Below, piece by piece: positions 19,473-29,473 of a stretch of 38,871 bases of DNA. The position numbers and the translations under genes are program-made. The notes beneath the pieces were generated by a model. That model was not told the origin of the DNA and searched no databases. It worked only from the letters and a program-made list of their open reading frames with translations. Position 1 is the first letter of the stretch. Each line of letters opens with the position of its first letter. Source of the stretch: Gammaproteobacteria bacterium (lineage in GTDB: Bacteria > Pseudomonadota > Gammaproteobacteria > Porifericomitales > Porifericomitaceae); contig JAPPQA010000026.1 in the NCBI GenBank assembly GCA_028817255.1, positions 1-38,871 on the forward strand, given 5' to 3'.

Positions 19473-20108
19473 ATGACCGGGGGCGTAGGCAGCGGGAAAA
19501 CGACGGCGGGGGAAATGTTCTGTTCCCTGGGGACACCCGTGATCGATATGGATCGGATCTGCGCGGATTTGCTGGTCCGCGGGCACCCCGTAGCCGGCCA
19601 GGCGGTCCGTAGTCTCGGGACGCAGATCCTGTCCGGGGACGGCCGAATCTCGCGGCGGCGACTGCGCCGCATTGTTTTGCAGGACAAGGAAAGCAGGCGG
19701 AAACTGGAAAGGCTCCTGCATCCGCCGGCTTTTGCCCGGGTGGAGAGGCTATTGCGCGGCTTGTGCGCGCCGTACTGCATTGTCTGTATCCCGCTCTTGG
19801 TCGAAACAGCTTCGGCGGGCCGATTTGACCGGGTCCTGGTTGTTGATTGCAAACCGCGACTTCAGCTTGCCCGGGCCTGCAAGCGGGGGCGGGTTCCCCG
19901 CGATGCGATCCTTGCGATCATGCGCATTCAAGCCAGGCGCGAACAGAGGCTGGCCCTGGCAGACGAGGTGATCGATAACGGCGGCGGTATGGATGCGCTG
20001 CGCGAGCAAGTGCTGCGTTGCCATAGCAGGTATCTTTGCTATTTTGGCCGCCGGCGCCTTGTGCCGGGCATCGGCGCGACCGGCGACCGCGTTCTACTTA
20101 GGGCGTGA
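19473..20108 (+). CDS. coaE: Dephospho-CoA kinase
   Basis: The ATG at 19473 gives MTGGVGSGKTT (P-loop). The remainder is colinear with CoaE (ILSGDGRISRRRLRRIV, LLHP). The pilBCD-coaE order matches Pseudomonas. The track ORF from 19068 overlaps pilD. Confidence 0.85.
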   Translation: MTGGVGSGKTTAGEMFCSLGTPVIDMDRICADLLVRGHPVAGQAVRSLGTQILSGDGRISRRRLRRIVLQDKESRRKLERLLHPPAFARVERLLRGLCAPYCIVCIPLLVETASAGRFDRVLVVDCKPRLQLARACKRGRVPRDAILAIMRIQARREQRLALADEVIDNGGGMDALREQVLRCHSRYLCYFGRRRLVPGIGATGDRVLLRA

Positions 20109-20760
20109 ATGTCTCGGCGGCGGGCGGCGGGTTCCGGCAATTGCGTATCGCCAGCGCGGGGTCCGGCGCCTCCCAAACTCCGCCGCACATGGCAATGCCG
20201 TGCCCTCCGCATTGCCGTGCCGCGGACAGGTCGGTGGGGCGCATGCCTCCCAGCGCGTAGGCAGACGCATGGGCGCGGTCCGCCAGGCGGCGAAACCCGT
20301 CCCACCCCAGCGGCGGGGCGCCGGGATGCGTGGCCGTGGGCAGCACCGGGGACAGTAAGACCAAGTCCGCTCCCAGTCGGTTCGCCTGTTCGACCTCGGT
20401 TGCGTTGTGGCAGGAGGCGCCCAGCCAGCCGCCGGGATGCGTGACCGGCCGCCAGAGGCGTTCTCCCGACAATTGCAGTCCGGCGTCGGGCGGCAGGGTT
20501 CCCTCCCGGCAATGACGGGAGTCTAGCAGCATGGCTGCCCCGTGTTTTCGGCAGCTATCTGCCGCCCGGGCGGCCAGGAGCATGTACTCACGGGCGGCCA
20601 GGCGGCGGGAACGGAGATAGAGCAAGCGCAGGCCGCCGCACAGGCATAGCTCCAGTCTCTCCAGGAACCGATCGCACCGGTCACGGGAAAGATCCGGAGT
20701 GACCGCGCACAGGGCAGGCAGCCGTTCCGGGCGGGATTGTTTATCGGCCATGGGGCGCAT
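20098..20760 (-). CDS. Thiamine-phosphate synthase (ThiE/TenI) family protein, stand-alone
   Basis: 220 aa. Pattern LYLRS...AHGAAMLL...LQLSGE...GASCHN..E...A..LGADLVLLSPVLPT.THPG...LGW..F..L...A.....YALGG is typical of the TMP-synthase TIM barrel. Confidence 0.6.
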   Translation of the reverse strand: MRPMADKQSRPERLPALCAVTPDLSRDRCDRFLERLELCLCGGLRLLYLRSRRLAAREYMLLAARAADSCRKHGAAMLLDSRHCREGTLPPDAGLQLSGERLWRPVTHPGGWLGASCHNATEVEQANRLGADLVLLSPVLPTATHPGAPPLGWDGFRRLADRAHASAYALGGMRPTDLSAARQCGGHGIAMCGGVWEAPDPALAIRNCRNPPPAAETFTP

Positions 20761-20941
20761 GGCGGCGGCAGCAAAAGGCCGCTATTTTGCCGCTGTCCAA
20801 TAAGGTCTCCGCCGCCGCGAAAGAAAGCCGCGGGACTGTCGCAATGGGAGGTTTTTGGATGTCTTGGATTGCGTCGGGGATTGCAGGCAGCGGAGATGGG
20901 GCGGTCGCGGGCATGGGAGTTCCCATCTGGGGCGGGCGGAT

Positions 20942-22156
20942 TCAGGCCAGGTATTCTGCGTTGATCCGGATGTACTCGCGGCTCAGGTCGCAGGTGCTTA
21001 TTTTGGCGGCCGTACGTCCGCGCCCGAGATGGATGACGAACCGCAGGTGCTTCTGGGCCATGAATTGCTTCGCCTTTGCCTCGTTGTAGCGCGGAGAAAG
21101 GCTGCCCTGTTCCACAACCGGGAGATCGCCGAGGAACAGGTTCACTTGTCCGATATCGAGCGCATTCAGGCCAGAGCGCCCCACCGCCGCCAGGATTCGC
21201 CCCCAGTTCGGGCTCCCTCCATGGCAGGCCGTTTTGAACAGCGGAGAGTGCGCGATCAGGTATGCCACCCGCAGGCATTCTTGTTCGTCGCGGCCGCCTT
21301 CTATGCGGATATCAATTATGCGCGTAGCGCCCTCGCCGTCCTCGACGATCGCTAACGCCAGGTGTTCGCAGGTTCGGGTAATGGCGGCCGCGATCCTTTC
21401 GCTGTTTCGGTCCCATCTCCGAATCTCCGGGCCGCCGCCGCGGGCGGTGGCAATCAGGACCGCGGCATCGTTGGTAGAGGTATCTCCGTCCACGGTAATG
21501 CGGTTGAAGGTCTTCCCGGCTGCCCGTTGCAGCATGTGCCCCAGCAGGTTTTTTTCTATGTGGGCGTCAGTAGCGATGAAGGCCAGCATAGTCGCCATGT
21601 CGGGGCATATCATCCCCGCGCCCTTGGCGATGCCGGTCACCGTGATCTCGGTGCCGCCCAGGGTCAGTTTTTCCGAGTATCCCTTGGGCGCCCGGTCGGT
21701 GGTCATGATTGACCGGGCCGCCTTTTTCCATCCTGCTTCCTCCAGGGATTGCAGGCAGGCCGGCAACGTTTTGCAGATTTGGGACACCGGAAGAGGCTCT
21801 CCGATTACCCCGGTGGAGAAGGGCAGTACGGCTTCTACGGGGCAACGACGGGCATGCGCCAGGGTTGCGCATACTTTCCGGCAGTTTTCGAGCCCCGCCT
21901 CTCCGGTGCCCGCATTCGCATTTCCGGCGTTGATCACACAGTAACGCGGCGATGCCAGCGCCAAGTGACGCCGCGCTATCGTTACCGGGGCCGCGGCGAA
22001 GGCATTGCGCGTGAATATGGCTTGCAACAAGGCGCCGTCCTCAATGGCGATTACCGTCAGGTCTGTCCTGTCCTGGCGCAAAGCCTGTGCGGAGGCCACC
22101 CCCAGGCGCACCCCCGCCACGGGGTGGAGCGGGAGAGCCGTGTCGGGTTCATCCAT
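20942..22156 (-). CDS. argJ: Bifunctional ornithine acetyltransferase / N-acetylglutamate synthase ArgJ
   Basis: 404 aa. Autoprocessing-site context PDMATMLAFIATDA. Ends with the INAEY motif. Confidence 0.92.
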   Translation of the reverse strand: MDEPDTALPLHPVAGVRLGVASAQALRQDRTDLTVIAIEDGALLQAIFTRNAFAAAPVTIARRHLALASPRYCVINAGNANAGTGEAGLENCRKVCATLAHARRCPVEAVLPFSTGVIGEPLPVSQICKTLPACLQSLEEAGWKKAARSIMTTDRAPKGYSEKLTLGGTEITVTGIAKGAGMICPDMATMLAFIATDAHIEKNLLGHMLQRAAGKTFNRITVDGDTSTNDAAVLIATARGGGPEIRRWDRNSERIAAAITRTCEHLALAIVEDGEGATRIIDIRIEGGRDEQECLRVAYLIAHSPLFKTACHGGSPNWGRILAAVGRSGLNALDIGQVNLFLGDLPVVEQGSLSPRYNEAKAKQFMAQKHLRFVIHLGRGRTAAKISTCDLSREYIRINAEYLA

Positions 22157-22165
22157 GCCGCGCGC

Positions 22166-24871
22166 TCACTGGGTCCCCGCTTGGCCGTGGCAGTGCTTGA
22201 ACTTCTTCCCGGAACCGCAAGGGCAGGGCTGGTTGCGCCCAACCTTGCGGTCCCGGCGCACATAGGGTTCCCGGCCGCCGGCGGGCATCGTCTGGGCGGG
22301 GTGCAGGATATCCGGGGCGGCTTGGTGTACGGCCTGTATCTGGTGTCCTCTGCCCGGCTCTTCCCTGGCAGGCGTCGCCGCGGCGGGCAGTTGCTCCTGT
22401 TCTTCGGGAGGCCGGAATCTGAGGTGTGTCAGGAATGCGGTGGTGTCGTGCTTGATCCGATCGAGCATGTCCACGAACATGTTAAACGCTTCGTTTTTGA
22501 ATTCTTGTTTGGGATTCTTTGCCGCATAAGCCCTGAGGTTGATTCCCCGGCGCAGGTGGTCAAGGGTTTGCAAATGATCCCGCCAGTTGCGATCCAGCAC
22601 GTCCAGCAGGATCTGTTTTTCCACCTGTTTGATCAATGCTGTGGGTATGTCCTTCGTCCTGTGGCAATATTCTTCTTCGATGCGCTCCTGTATCTGCCGG
22701 CGAATCGTATCGGGGACAACCGAATTCTCCTCCTCCAGCCAGCCGCGAATATCCAGGGTTATTCTGAATTGCTGTTGCAGCGCTTTGGACAGTCCCTCCG
22801 TGTCCCACATCTCAATGGGGCTGTCCGGCGGGATATGGGCATTGACGATTTGAGAAGCCATATCCGTGCGCATGTCGAGCACGATGGGAGAGAGATCCTC
22901 CGCGTCCATGATATCGTTTCGCTGCCCGTAGATGACCTTTCTTTGTTCGTTAGCTACGTCGTCGTACTCCAGCAGGTGTTTGCGGAGATCGAAGTTATGC
23001 GCCTCTACCTTGCGCTGGGCGTTTTCGATCGCCTTGGTGACCCACGGGTGCTCTATTGCTTCCCCTTCCTGCATCCCCAGCTTCTGCATGATCGCCGAGA
23101 CCCGTTCGGATGCGAAGATCCGCATGAGGTTGTCTTCCAGAGAAAGATAGAAACGGCTGGAGCCCGGATCTCCCTGTCGTCCCGAGCGACCGCGCAATTG
23201 GTTGTCTATGCGGCGTGATTCGTGGCGCTCCGTACCTATGATATGCAACCCCCCGCTGGCCACTACCAAGTCGTAGCGTTCCCGCCATCGTTTCTGGATG
23301 ACTTCGACCTCCGCCTCTCCGGGATTTTCGAGGCCCTTGATTTCTATGTCCGGGTTGCCCCCCAGGACAATATCCGTTCCCCGCCCCGCCATGTTGGTGG
23401 CGATCGTGACACTCCCCGGCTTGCCCGCCTGGGAGATGATCTCTGCCTCTTGGGCATGGTGCTTGGCATTCAGCACCTGGTGAGGGATCCCTTCCTTTTT
23501 CAGCAGCGAGGAAATGTGTTCGGAGACCTCTATGGAAGTGGTGCCCACCAGTGTCGGCCGGTTGTGCGACCGGCATTCCTTGATTTCTTCCGTGACCGCT
23601 TCGAATTTCTCCCTTTCCCGCAGGAAAACCATGTCGCCGAAATCTTCCCGGATCATTTTTTTGTGAGTCGGGATGACGATGACTTCAAGCCCGTAGATCT
23701 GCTGGAATTCATACGCCTCGGTGTCCGCCGTGCCCGTCATTCCCGCGAGTTTCCGGTACAGCCGGAAGTAATTTTGAAAGGTAATCGTGGCGAGATTATG
23801 GTATTCCGTCTGTACCGGCACTTGTTCCTTGGCTTCGACCGCCTGGTGCAGCCCCTCCGACCATCTCCTGCCGGGCATGGGACGGCCGGTGAACTGATCG
23901 ATAATTACCACTTGGTTGTCCCGGACGATGTAATCTACATCGCGCTTGTACAGGAGGCGAGAGCGCAGACAGGCGTCCAGGTAGTGCATCAACTGCAGGT
24001 TGTCGGCCGTGTATAGGCTTTGACCGGCACCGATGAGCCCGGAGGCGACCAGCAGTTCTTCCACGCAGGTATGCCCTGCCTCGTTCAGGTGTACCTGCTT
24101 GCTTTTCTCGTCGAGTGTGTAGTTTTCGGAAGCAAGTTTCGGGATCAGGCGGTTGATCTCGGTGTAGAGTTCGGTTTCCTCCTCCGCCGACCCGGATATG
24201 ATCAAGGGAGTGCGCGCTTCGTCAATGAGGATGCAGTCCACCTCGTCAACGATCGCGTAATGGAGTTCCTTCTGGGTTCTTTCGTCGCTGTGCCGCACCA
24301 TGTTGTCCCTTAGGTAATCGAACCCGAACTCGTTGTTGGTGCCGTAAGTGATGTCTGCCGCGTAGGAGCGTCTGCGCTCGGCGGGCGGCAGGTCGGGGAC
24401 GATAGTTCCTACTTCCATGTTCAGAAATCGGTAAACGTCTCCCATCCATTCCGCATCGCGTCGAGCGAGGTAGTCGTTGACGGTGACGATATGGACTCCA
24501 TTGTTCGGCAGGGCGTTCAGGTAGGCTGCCAGGGTGGCTACCAAAGTCTTGCCCTCGCCTGTTCGCATCTCGGCGATCTTTCCCTGGTGCAATACCATGC
24601 CGCCAATCAATTGCACATCGAAGTGGCGCATATCAAGAGTGCGTCTCGCGGCCTCGCGCACGACGGCAAAGGATTCCGGAAGCAATCGGTCCAGCGTCTC
24701 TCCCTGTTCCAGGCGTTTGCGGAACTCGGTCGTTTTTTCCCCGAGTCGGGAGTCGGACAGGGAGCGTAGCTTAGGCTCCAGTCGGTTGATGGTTGCCAGG
24801 GCCGACGAGAACCGCATCAACAGCCGCTCGTTCCGGCTGCCGAACATTTTTTTTAATAACCCGCCGATCAC
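22166..24871 (-). CDS. secA: Preprotein translocase ATPase SecA
   Basis: 901 aa with a GTG start (MIGGLLKKMFGSRNERLL). DEAD motor (MRTGEGKTL, DEVDCILIDEARTPLIISG). C-terminal zinc finger CPCGSGKKFKHCHG. Confidence 0.96.
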   Translation of the reverse strand: MIGGLLKKMFGSRNERLLMRFSSALATINRLEPKLRSLSDSRLGEKTTEFRKRLEQGETLDRLLPESFAVVREAARRTLDMRHFDVQLIGGMVLHQGKIAEMRTGEGKTLVATLAAYLNALPNNGVHIVTVNDYLARRDAEWMGDVYRFLNMEVGTIVPDLPPAERRRSYAADITYGTNNEFGFDYLRDNMVRHSDERTQKELHYAIVDEVDCILIDEARTPLIISGSAEEETELYTEINRLIPKLASENYTLDEKSKQVHLNEAGHTCVEELLVASGLIGAGQSLYTADNLQLMHYLDACLRSRLLYKRDVDYIVRDNQVVIIDQFTGRPMPGRRWSEGLHQAVEAKEQVPVQTEYHNLATITFQNYFRLYRKLAGMTGTADTEAYEFQQIYGLEVIVIPTHKKMIREDFGDMVFLREREKFEAVTEEIKECRSHNRPTLVGTTSIEVSEHISSLLKKEGIPHQVLNAKHHAQEAEIISQAGKPGSVTIATNMAGRGTDIVLGGNPDIEIKGLENPGEAEVEVIQKRWRERYDLVVASGGLHIIGTERHESRRIDNQLRGRSGRQGDPGSSRFYLSLEDNLMRIFASERVSAIMQKLGMQEGEAIEHPWVTKAIENAQRKVEAHNFDLRKHLLEYDDVANEQRKVIYGQRNDIMDAEDLSPIVLDMRTDMASQIVNAHIPPDSPIEMWDTEGLSKALQQQFRITLDIRGWLEEENSVVPDTIRRQIQERIEEEYCHRTKDIPTALIKQVEKQILLDVLDRNWRDHLQTLDHLRRGINLRAYAAKNPKQEFKNEAFNMFVDMLDRIKHDTTAFLTHLRFRPPEEQEQLPAAATPAREEPGRGHQIQAVHQAAPDILHPAQTMPAGGREPYVRRDRKVGRNQPCPCGSGKKFKHCHGQAGTQ

Positions 24872-24947
24872 GATGGCGACGCCCGCATGCCCATGCGGTT
24901 AAGGGAACGGAGGAAGGAAAAAGAGGGCAGGCTCCAGGGAGGGAGGC

Positions 24948-25913
24948 TTACTGCAGGGAAAGAATGTATTCCCTGGGATTTACCGGGACTCCGGCGCGCA
25001 GCACCTCAAAGTGCACATGCGCGCCAGTGGAGCGGCCGGTCGAACCCATGAGAGCGATCGGTTGGTGTTTTTTCACTAACTGTCCTGCCCTGACCAGGTT
25101 TTTCTGGTTGTGCGCGTATAGCGTCCTGTATTCGCCGTGCTCGATCTCCACCAGGTTTCCGTATCCCTGGTAGCGTCCGGATCGGGTCACAATCCCTGAT
25201 GCCAGCGCAATGACCGGAGATTTGTACTTGCCGGTGATATCGATCCCCGAGTGAAACTCGCGTCTTCCGGTGAAAGGGTCGGTCCTCATGCCGTATCTGG
25301 ATGAGATCCACCCGTTGGGCACGGGGCTTCCCGCGGGAGTGGAGCGGTCTTTGAGAGTTTTTCGCATCAGGAACGCTTCGATGGCGTCCAGCTTGTCTTC
25401 GCGGTCCTGGAGTCTCCGTTCCAGGCGGTTGAGAGCGGCCATCAGGTCTATGGCGCCGTCGCCGAAGGCGCGGGAGTATTGCTCCGCGCCCAGAGGTCCT
25501 CCCAGGCCCACCGGGGCATTCCAGTCGAACTCTCCCGGCTCAAGGGCGGCCATGTCGGAAAGTCTTGTGCCCAATGCTTCCAGGCGGAGCACCCTTCCCT
25601 GCAGGCGGCTTAGCGACACGCCTATCGCTTGCAATTGTCGCGTCGCTTTTTCCCTGGCCTCCACGACCGCCGCGCGCCCGCGGTGAATTTCGTCTCTCAG
25701 GACAAGGTCCATCCCTTCCTCGTGCAGGGATACGGAGGCCGCGGCATTTTGCTGCTCCTGGTTGACGTAGGACCGGACTCCCCATGAGAAACATGCGGTT
25801 GCCAATGCGGCCAGCAATGCGCCGAACACGGACAGGGAGAAGAGCATGCGCCCCCATCCCAGCGTGATCGTTTTGCCGCATTTTGCCGGGCCGGATAGAA
25901 TTACTAGCTGCAT
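24948..25913 (-). CDS. M23 family metallopeptidase (LytM-type)
   Basis: N-terminal membrane anchor, coiled-coil region, and an M23 domain with HSGIDI and STGRSTGAHVHFEV motifs. The start may instead be the internal MLFSLSV at 25847. Confidence 0.82.
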   Translation of the reverse strand: MQLVILSGPAKCGKTITLGWGRMLFSLSVFGALLAALATACFSWGVRSYVNQEQQNAAASVSLHEEGMDLVLRDEIHRGRAAVVEAREKATRQLQAIGVSLSRLQGRVLRLEALGTRLSDMAALEPGEFDWNAPVGLGGPLGAEQYSRAFGDGAIDLMAALNRLERRLQDREDKLDAIEAFLMRKTLKDRSTPAGSPVPNGWISSRYGMRTDPFTGRREFHSGIDITGKYKSPVIALASGIVTRSGRYQGYGNLVEIEHGEYRTLYAHNQKNLVRAGQLVKKHQPIALMGSTGRSTGAHVHFEVLRAGVPVNPREYILSLQ

Positions 25914-25941
25914 AACGTTCTTATTATACTACAATCGAAGC

Positions 25942-26418
25942 ATGAATGACGTTCCCGAGGCGCTCTCGCATTTCCTGTGCTCGGCCCCTTCCCCGGAGAT
26001 CCGGAAGACACGCCAGTGTCTGGAACGCTCGCGGGCCATACAGGCGGACCTGAAGCGGCTCTTGCCCGCATCCCTGGTGCCGCATTGCACTGCCGTCTCC
26101 TGGCCCGAACATAACACGCTGCTGCTTTCCGCGGATGCGCCCGCCTGGGCCCTGCGACTCAGGTTCCTGTTGCCTCGCATCATCCGGCATATGGCCGGCG
26201 TCGCTCTGTACGATGGCCTGCACGCGGTGCGGATACGGACGGCCCCCAAGAGGCCCCGCGTGTACGGCGCTTCGGCCTGCCGTCTCTCGCGGACACTCGG
26301 TATTGATGCATCCGTTGCCGGGCGCTTGCGCGCTTTGGCTTTCGAGGTTGCCGACCCCGCGTTGCAACGCTCCTTGGAACGATTGGCCGGTCGTCGCCCC
26401 GATTCGGGAGACATTTGA
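25942..26418 (+). CDS. DUF721 / DciA-like protein
   Basis: 158 aa from the ATG at 25942. LLPASLVPHCTAVSWPEHNTLLLSADAPAWALRLRFLLPRII matches my recollection of the DUF721 core (H-x...L-x-L...AWA-x-RLRF). Located between lpxC and the M23 peptidase/secA genes. Confidence 0.55.
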   Translation: MNDVPEALSHFLCSAPSPEIRKTRQCLERSRAIQADLKRLLPASLVPHCTAVSWPEHNTLLLSADAPAWALRLRFLLPRIIRHMAGVALYDGLHAVRIRTAPKRPRVYGASACRLSRTLGIDASVAGRLRALAFEVADPALQRSLERLAGRRPDSGDI

Positions 26419-26457
26419 AGATATGCCGGGCACGTCTCGTTTCGGTCCTTGCGCCGC

Positions 26458-27372
26458 TTAGGTGGCGATGATCGGTTGTTGTAGAAAGCGAAGAGGTACG
26501 TCCCTTTCGTCTTCGAAGGTAACCAATTCCCAGGCATCCCGGTCGGCGAGCAATAATTTGAGCAGCTCGTTGTTCAACGTGTGTCCCGACTTGTGCCCTC
26601 GAAAAGAACCGATGAGGCTGTACCCCAGGAGATACAGGTCTCCTATCGCATCCAGGATTTTGTGTTTGACGCATTCGTTCGCCGAGCGCAGGCCGTCCTC
26701 GTTGAGGACGCGGTACTCATCCACTACCACTGCGTTGTCCAGACTGCCCCCCTTCGCCAGGTTTTCTTCCCGAAGTTTTTCGACTTCGCGCAGGAAGCCG
26801 AAGGTCCGGGCGCGGCTGACCTCCTGCACGAACGAGGTCGCAGAGAAATCGAATTCGGCAAAGGAGTTGCTTTCGTTGAAAGTAGGATGATCGAACTCGA
26901 TCGAGAACCCCACCTTGAAGCCGTTGAACGGCTCAAACTGTACCGATTTGTCCCCGTCTCTCTCGACGATTTTCTTTTTGATCCTCATGAATTTTTTGGG
27001 TGCGGCTTGCTCCCGGACGCCTGCCGACTGAATCAGGAACACGAAGGGCCCGGCGCTGCCGTCCATGATGGGGACCTCGTCCGCGCTCAGGTCCACGTAG
27101 GCGTTGTCAATTCCGAGTCCGGCAAATGCAGCCATCAAGTGCTCTACCGTGGATACGCGCCCCCCATCTCGCGCCAGCGTCGTGGACAGGCGGGTATCGC
27201 CGATATTTTCGCAGCGGGCCGGGATCTCTCTCACCGGCTCCATATCCGTTCGCCGGAATACGATCCCGCAATCGGGAGGAGCGGGGCACAAGGTTAACAA
27301 GACCTTCGTGCCGTTATGGAGACCTACTCCGGTGGCCCGGATTACGTTTCTGAGTGTGCGTTGTTTTATCAT
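26458..27372 (-). CDS. lpxC: UDP-3-O-acyl-N-acetylglucosamine deacetylase
   Basis: [21 protein letters not shown] start; [23 protein letters not shown], and [13 protein letters not shown] motifs. Confidence 0.96.
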   Translation of the reverse strand: MIKQRTLRNVIRATGVGLHNGTKVLLTLCPAPPDCGIVFRRTDMEPVREIPARCENIGDTRLSTTLARDGGRVSTVEHLMAAFAGLGIDNAYVDLSADEVPIMDGSAGPFVFLIQSAGVREQAAPKKFMRIKKKIVERDGDKSVQFEPFNGFKVGFSIEFDHPTFNESNSFAEFDFSATSFVQEVSRARTFGFLREVEKLREENLAKGGSLDNAVVVDEYRVLNEDGLRSANECVKHKILDAIGDLYLLGYSLIGSFRGHKSGHTLNNELLKLLLADRDAWELVTFEDERDVPLRFLQQPIIAT

Positions 27373-27491
27373 ATTTCGGACCCTACATAGGGTTGGTTTT
27401 CCCCGTTTTCCGTACGGGCTGCGCCTTCCCTTTGTTTATGCCGTTTTCGCAGGCCGCCGACGGACTGCCAAAAATCTTTCTCGAAAGACTG

Positions 27492-27517
27492 AAAAAAGCC
27501 GCGCCCCGCCGGCTTTT
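27492..27517 (-). terminator. Weak candidate terminator after the ccm operon
   Basis: AAAAGCCG-(8 nt)-CGGCTTTT hairpin, followed on the minus strand by a T6 run. It lies about 100 nt downstream of the ccmI stop. Only 4 GC pairs in the stem, hence low confidence. Confidence 0.3.
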
Positions 27518-27617
27518 GCCAGTAATCTAAGGTAGAATCCGGCTTATGTCAAGTTTCTACTTTGGTTTGACGGTTTTCGCTTTGGCTTGACGGAAAAAGT
27601 CCGTATCTCTTTTGTTT

Positions 27618-28913
27618 TCAAGGGATCGTCTGGTCAATCACCAAGTCCAGCGTCGCCCCCGAACCGGGGACGGCATCCGCGGGCCCGGCCTGCAAATCCC
27701 CGCTTTGCGGCCTGGCGTTTCCCGACTTCGAGACCCGCGCGCTTACCTGTACGCGGCGGAAACTGGAAAGGCGAGCGGTCGGCATCACCGAGGCGCTGTC
27801 GTCCAGGGTTACTTCCAGGGGCAGGTCGTCCACTCGCCGCCGCGTTGCCGCTACCGGCATGGGCGGCCCCTCCGGCGCCCGCGCGAATACGAATACGGTG
27901 TCGCCGGGGTCGGTAGCGGCAAGCAGGGAAGGAGCAATGGAGATTCGTACCTGAAGCGCTCCGGCATGAGCTTTGGCGGCGGCATCTGGAGAGGCGGCCC
28001 TGGTTGCCTGGGGCGCCGCGGGCGGCGCAATGGCCTCGGCAGGGGCCTCGGCAGGAGAATCCGCGGCCGGGGGTTCCCCGCCCGAGCGTTGTTCCACATG
28101 CGCGATCATGCGTTCCAGTCTGGCAAGCGCCTCGGGTTCGTTCCGTAAAAGCTCCGTGAGTTGTCGCCACCGATCCAACGCCAGGGGGAAATCCCCCGAT
28201 TCGAGCGCAACCAGCCCTGCCAGCCATAGCCCGTCCGCATTGCCCGGCTCCAGCGCCAGCGCCCGTTCTACCAGTTCCGCGGGGCGCCCGGTCAACTGGC
28301 CGTTATTCGCCATGCTGAGCGCGTTTGCGTACTGCAACAGGACTTCGGGGCGGTCTCCCCCCGTCAGGGAGTATGCTTGTTGCATTGCCGCCACGGCCTC
28401 GGAATAGCGTTCCAGGGTCATGTAGGAACGGGCCAGCAGCATCCAGTCGGCCAAGTCCCCCGGCTGTTGCGCAAGGCGCGCCGCCAAGGCCGCCACCATT
28501 TCTTCCACCGAAGGCAGCTCGCTTTTCGGGGCGGCGGCGTCCGGAACGGAGAAATCCGGGTTTCCCAGCTTGAAATACAGGCCAAACACCAATGCCGGCA
28601 ACAGACCCGCGAGACAGTAGGCCGACCACAGGAGGCGCGGCGGCCGTTTTTGCCGCTCCGGGCCCGCGGCGGCAGCGGCCTTGAGATCGCGCAGGAATTC
28701 CCGCTCAATCTCCAGGCGCATCGCGGAGAATTGCTCCTCGGCCAGCGTTCCCAGCCGCAGGTCGCGGTCCAGCGCGGAGATGCGGTCCTGGTAAATCGCG
28801 CGCAGGGCCCGCTCGCGGCTTCGTTCCTCCCCGCCCCGGCGGGGGCTCAACAGGCCGTAGAGCGCCGCCGCCAACACCGCCATCAGCAATATGCCGGCAT
28901 AGAACCAGAACAT
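27618..28913 (-). CDS. ccmI: Cytochrome c-type biogenesis protein CcmI (CycH)
   Basis: The ATG at 28913 gives MFWFYAGILLMAVLAAALYGL (TM1), a second TM segment, then periplasmic TPR repeats. Lies 2 nt after the ccmH stop. The track ORF start at 29255 overlaps ccmH. Confidence 0.8.
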   Translation of the reverse strand: MFWFYAGILLMAVLAAALYGLLSPRRGGEERSRERALRAIYQDRISALDRDLRLGTLAEEQFSAMRLEIEREFLRDLKAAAAAGPERQKRPPRLLWSAYCLAGLLPALVFGLYFKLGNPDFSVPDAAAPKSELPSVEEMVAALAARLAQQPGDLADWMLLARSYMTLERYSEAVAAMQQAYSLTGGDRPEVLLQYANALSMANNGQLTGRPAELVERALALEPGNADGLWLAGLVALESGDFPLALDRWRQLTELLRNEPEALARLERMIAHVEQRSGGEPPAADSPAEAPAEAIAPPAAPQATRAASPDAAAKAHAGALQVRISIAPSLLAATDPGDTVFVFARAPEGPPMPVAATRRRVDDLPLEVTLDDSASVMPTARLSSFRRVQVSARVSKSGNARPQSGDLQAGPADAVPGSGATLDLVIDQTIP

Positions 28914-28915
28914 TT

Positions 28916-29419
28916 CTAATCGGGGCTTTGCCCGCCGGAGTCGTCGCTCAGCAAGGTTTCCAGCCGGTTGCGTTCCTCGGGCGCCAATTCGGGTGCGGAC
29001 TGTGCCGCGCCGCGGTGCGCGGCGAAGCGCAAGACTGTCGCTAAGCCGCCCAGTAACAGGAGAAACGGGGCGAACCAGAGGAAATAGGTGGAGATTTTCA
29101 AGGGGGGGCGGTACAGGACAAAGTCCCCGTAGCGCTGCACCAAGTAATCGGCAACCTGCCGGTCGGTATAGCCCTCCTGCAACAGGCGATATACCTCGTC
29201 GCGCATGTCCTGGGCGAGGTCCGCGCCGGAATCGGACAGCGATTGGTTCTGGCACACCAGGCAGCGCAGTTCCTTGAGCAGGGTCTGGTAGCGCTGTTCC
29301 CGCTCGGGATCCTCGAAGGTGCGGGGCAGATCCGCGGCAGGAGACGCGGAGGAGAATGCGAGCGCCAACAGCAGGAGCCGTCCCGCGCGTCCCGCGAAGC
29401 GGGCGGCGCTAAGCCGCAT
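28916..29419 (-). CDS. ccmH: Cytochrome c-type biogenesis protein CcmH
   Basis: Signal peptide, LRCLVCQNQSLSDS redox motif, and a C-terminal TM segment. Confidence 0.88.
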   Translation of the reverse strand: MRLSAARFAGRAGRLLLLALAFSSASPAADLPRTFEDPEREQRYQTLLKELRCLVCQNQSLSDSGADLAQDMRDEVYRLLQEGYTDRQVADYLVQRYGDFVLYRPPLKISTYFLWFAPFLLLLGGLATVLRFAAHRGAAQSAPELAPEERNRLETLLSDDSGGQSPD

Positions 29420-29473
29420 TGTTCGGCAGGCCGCCGGCAATGCGAGCGGATTCGCGTAGCGAACGAAGCCGCT

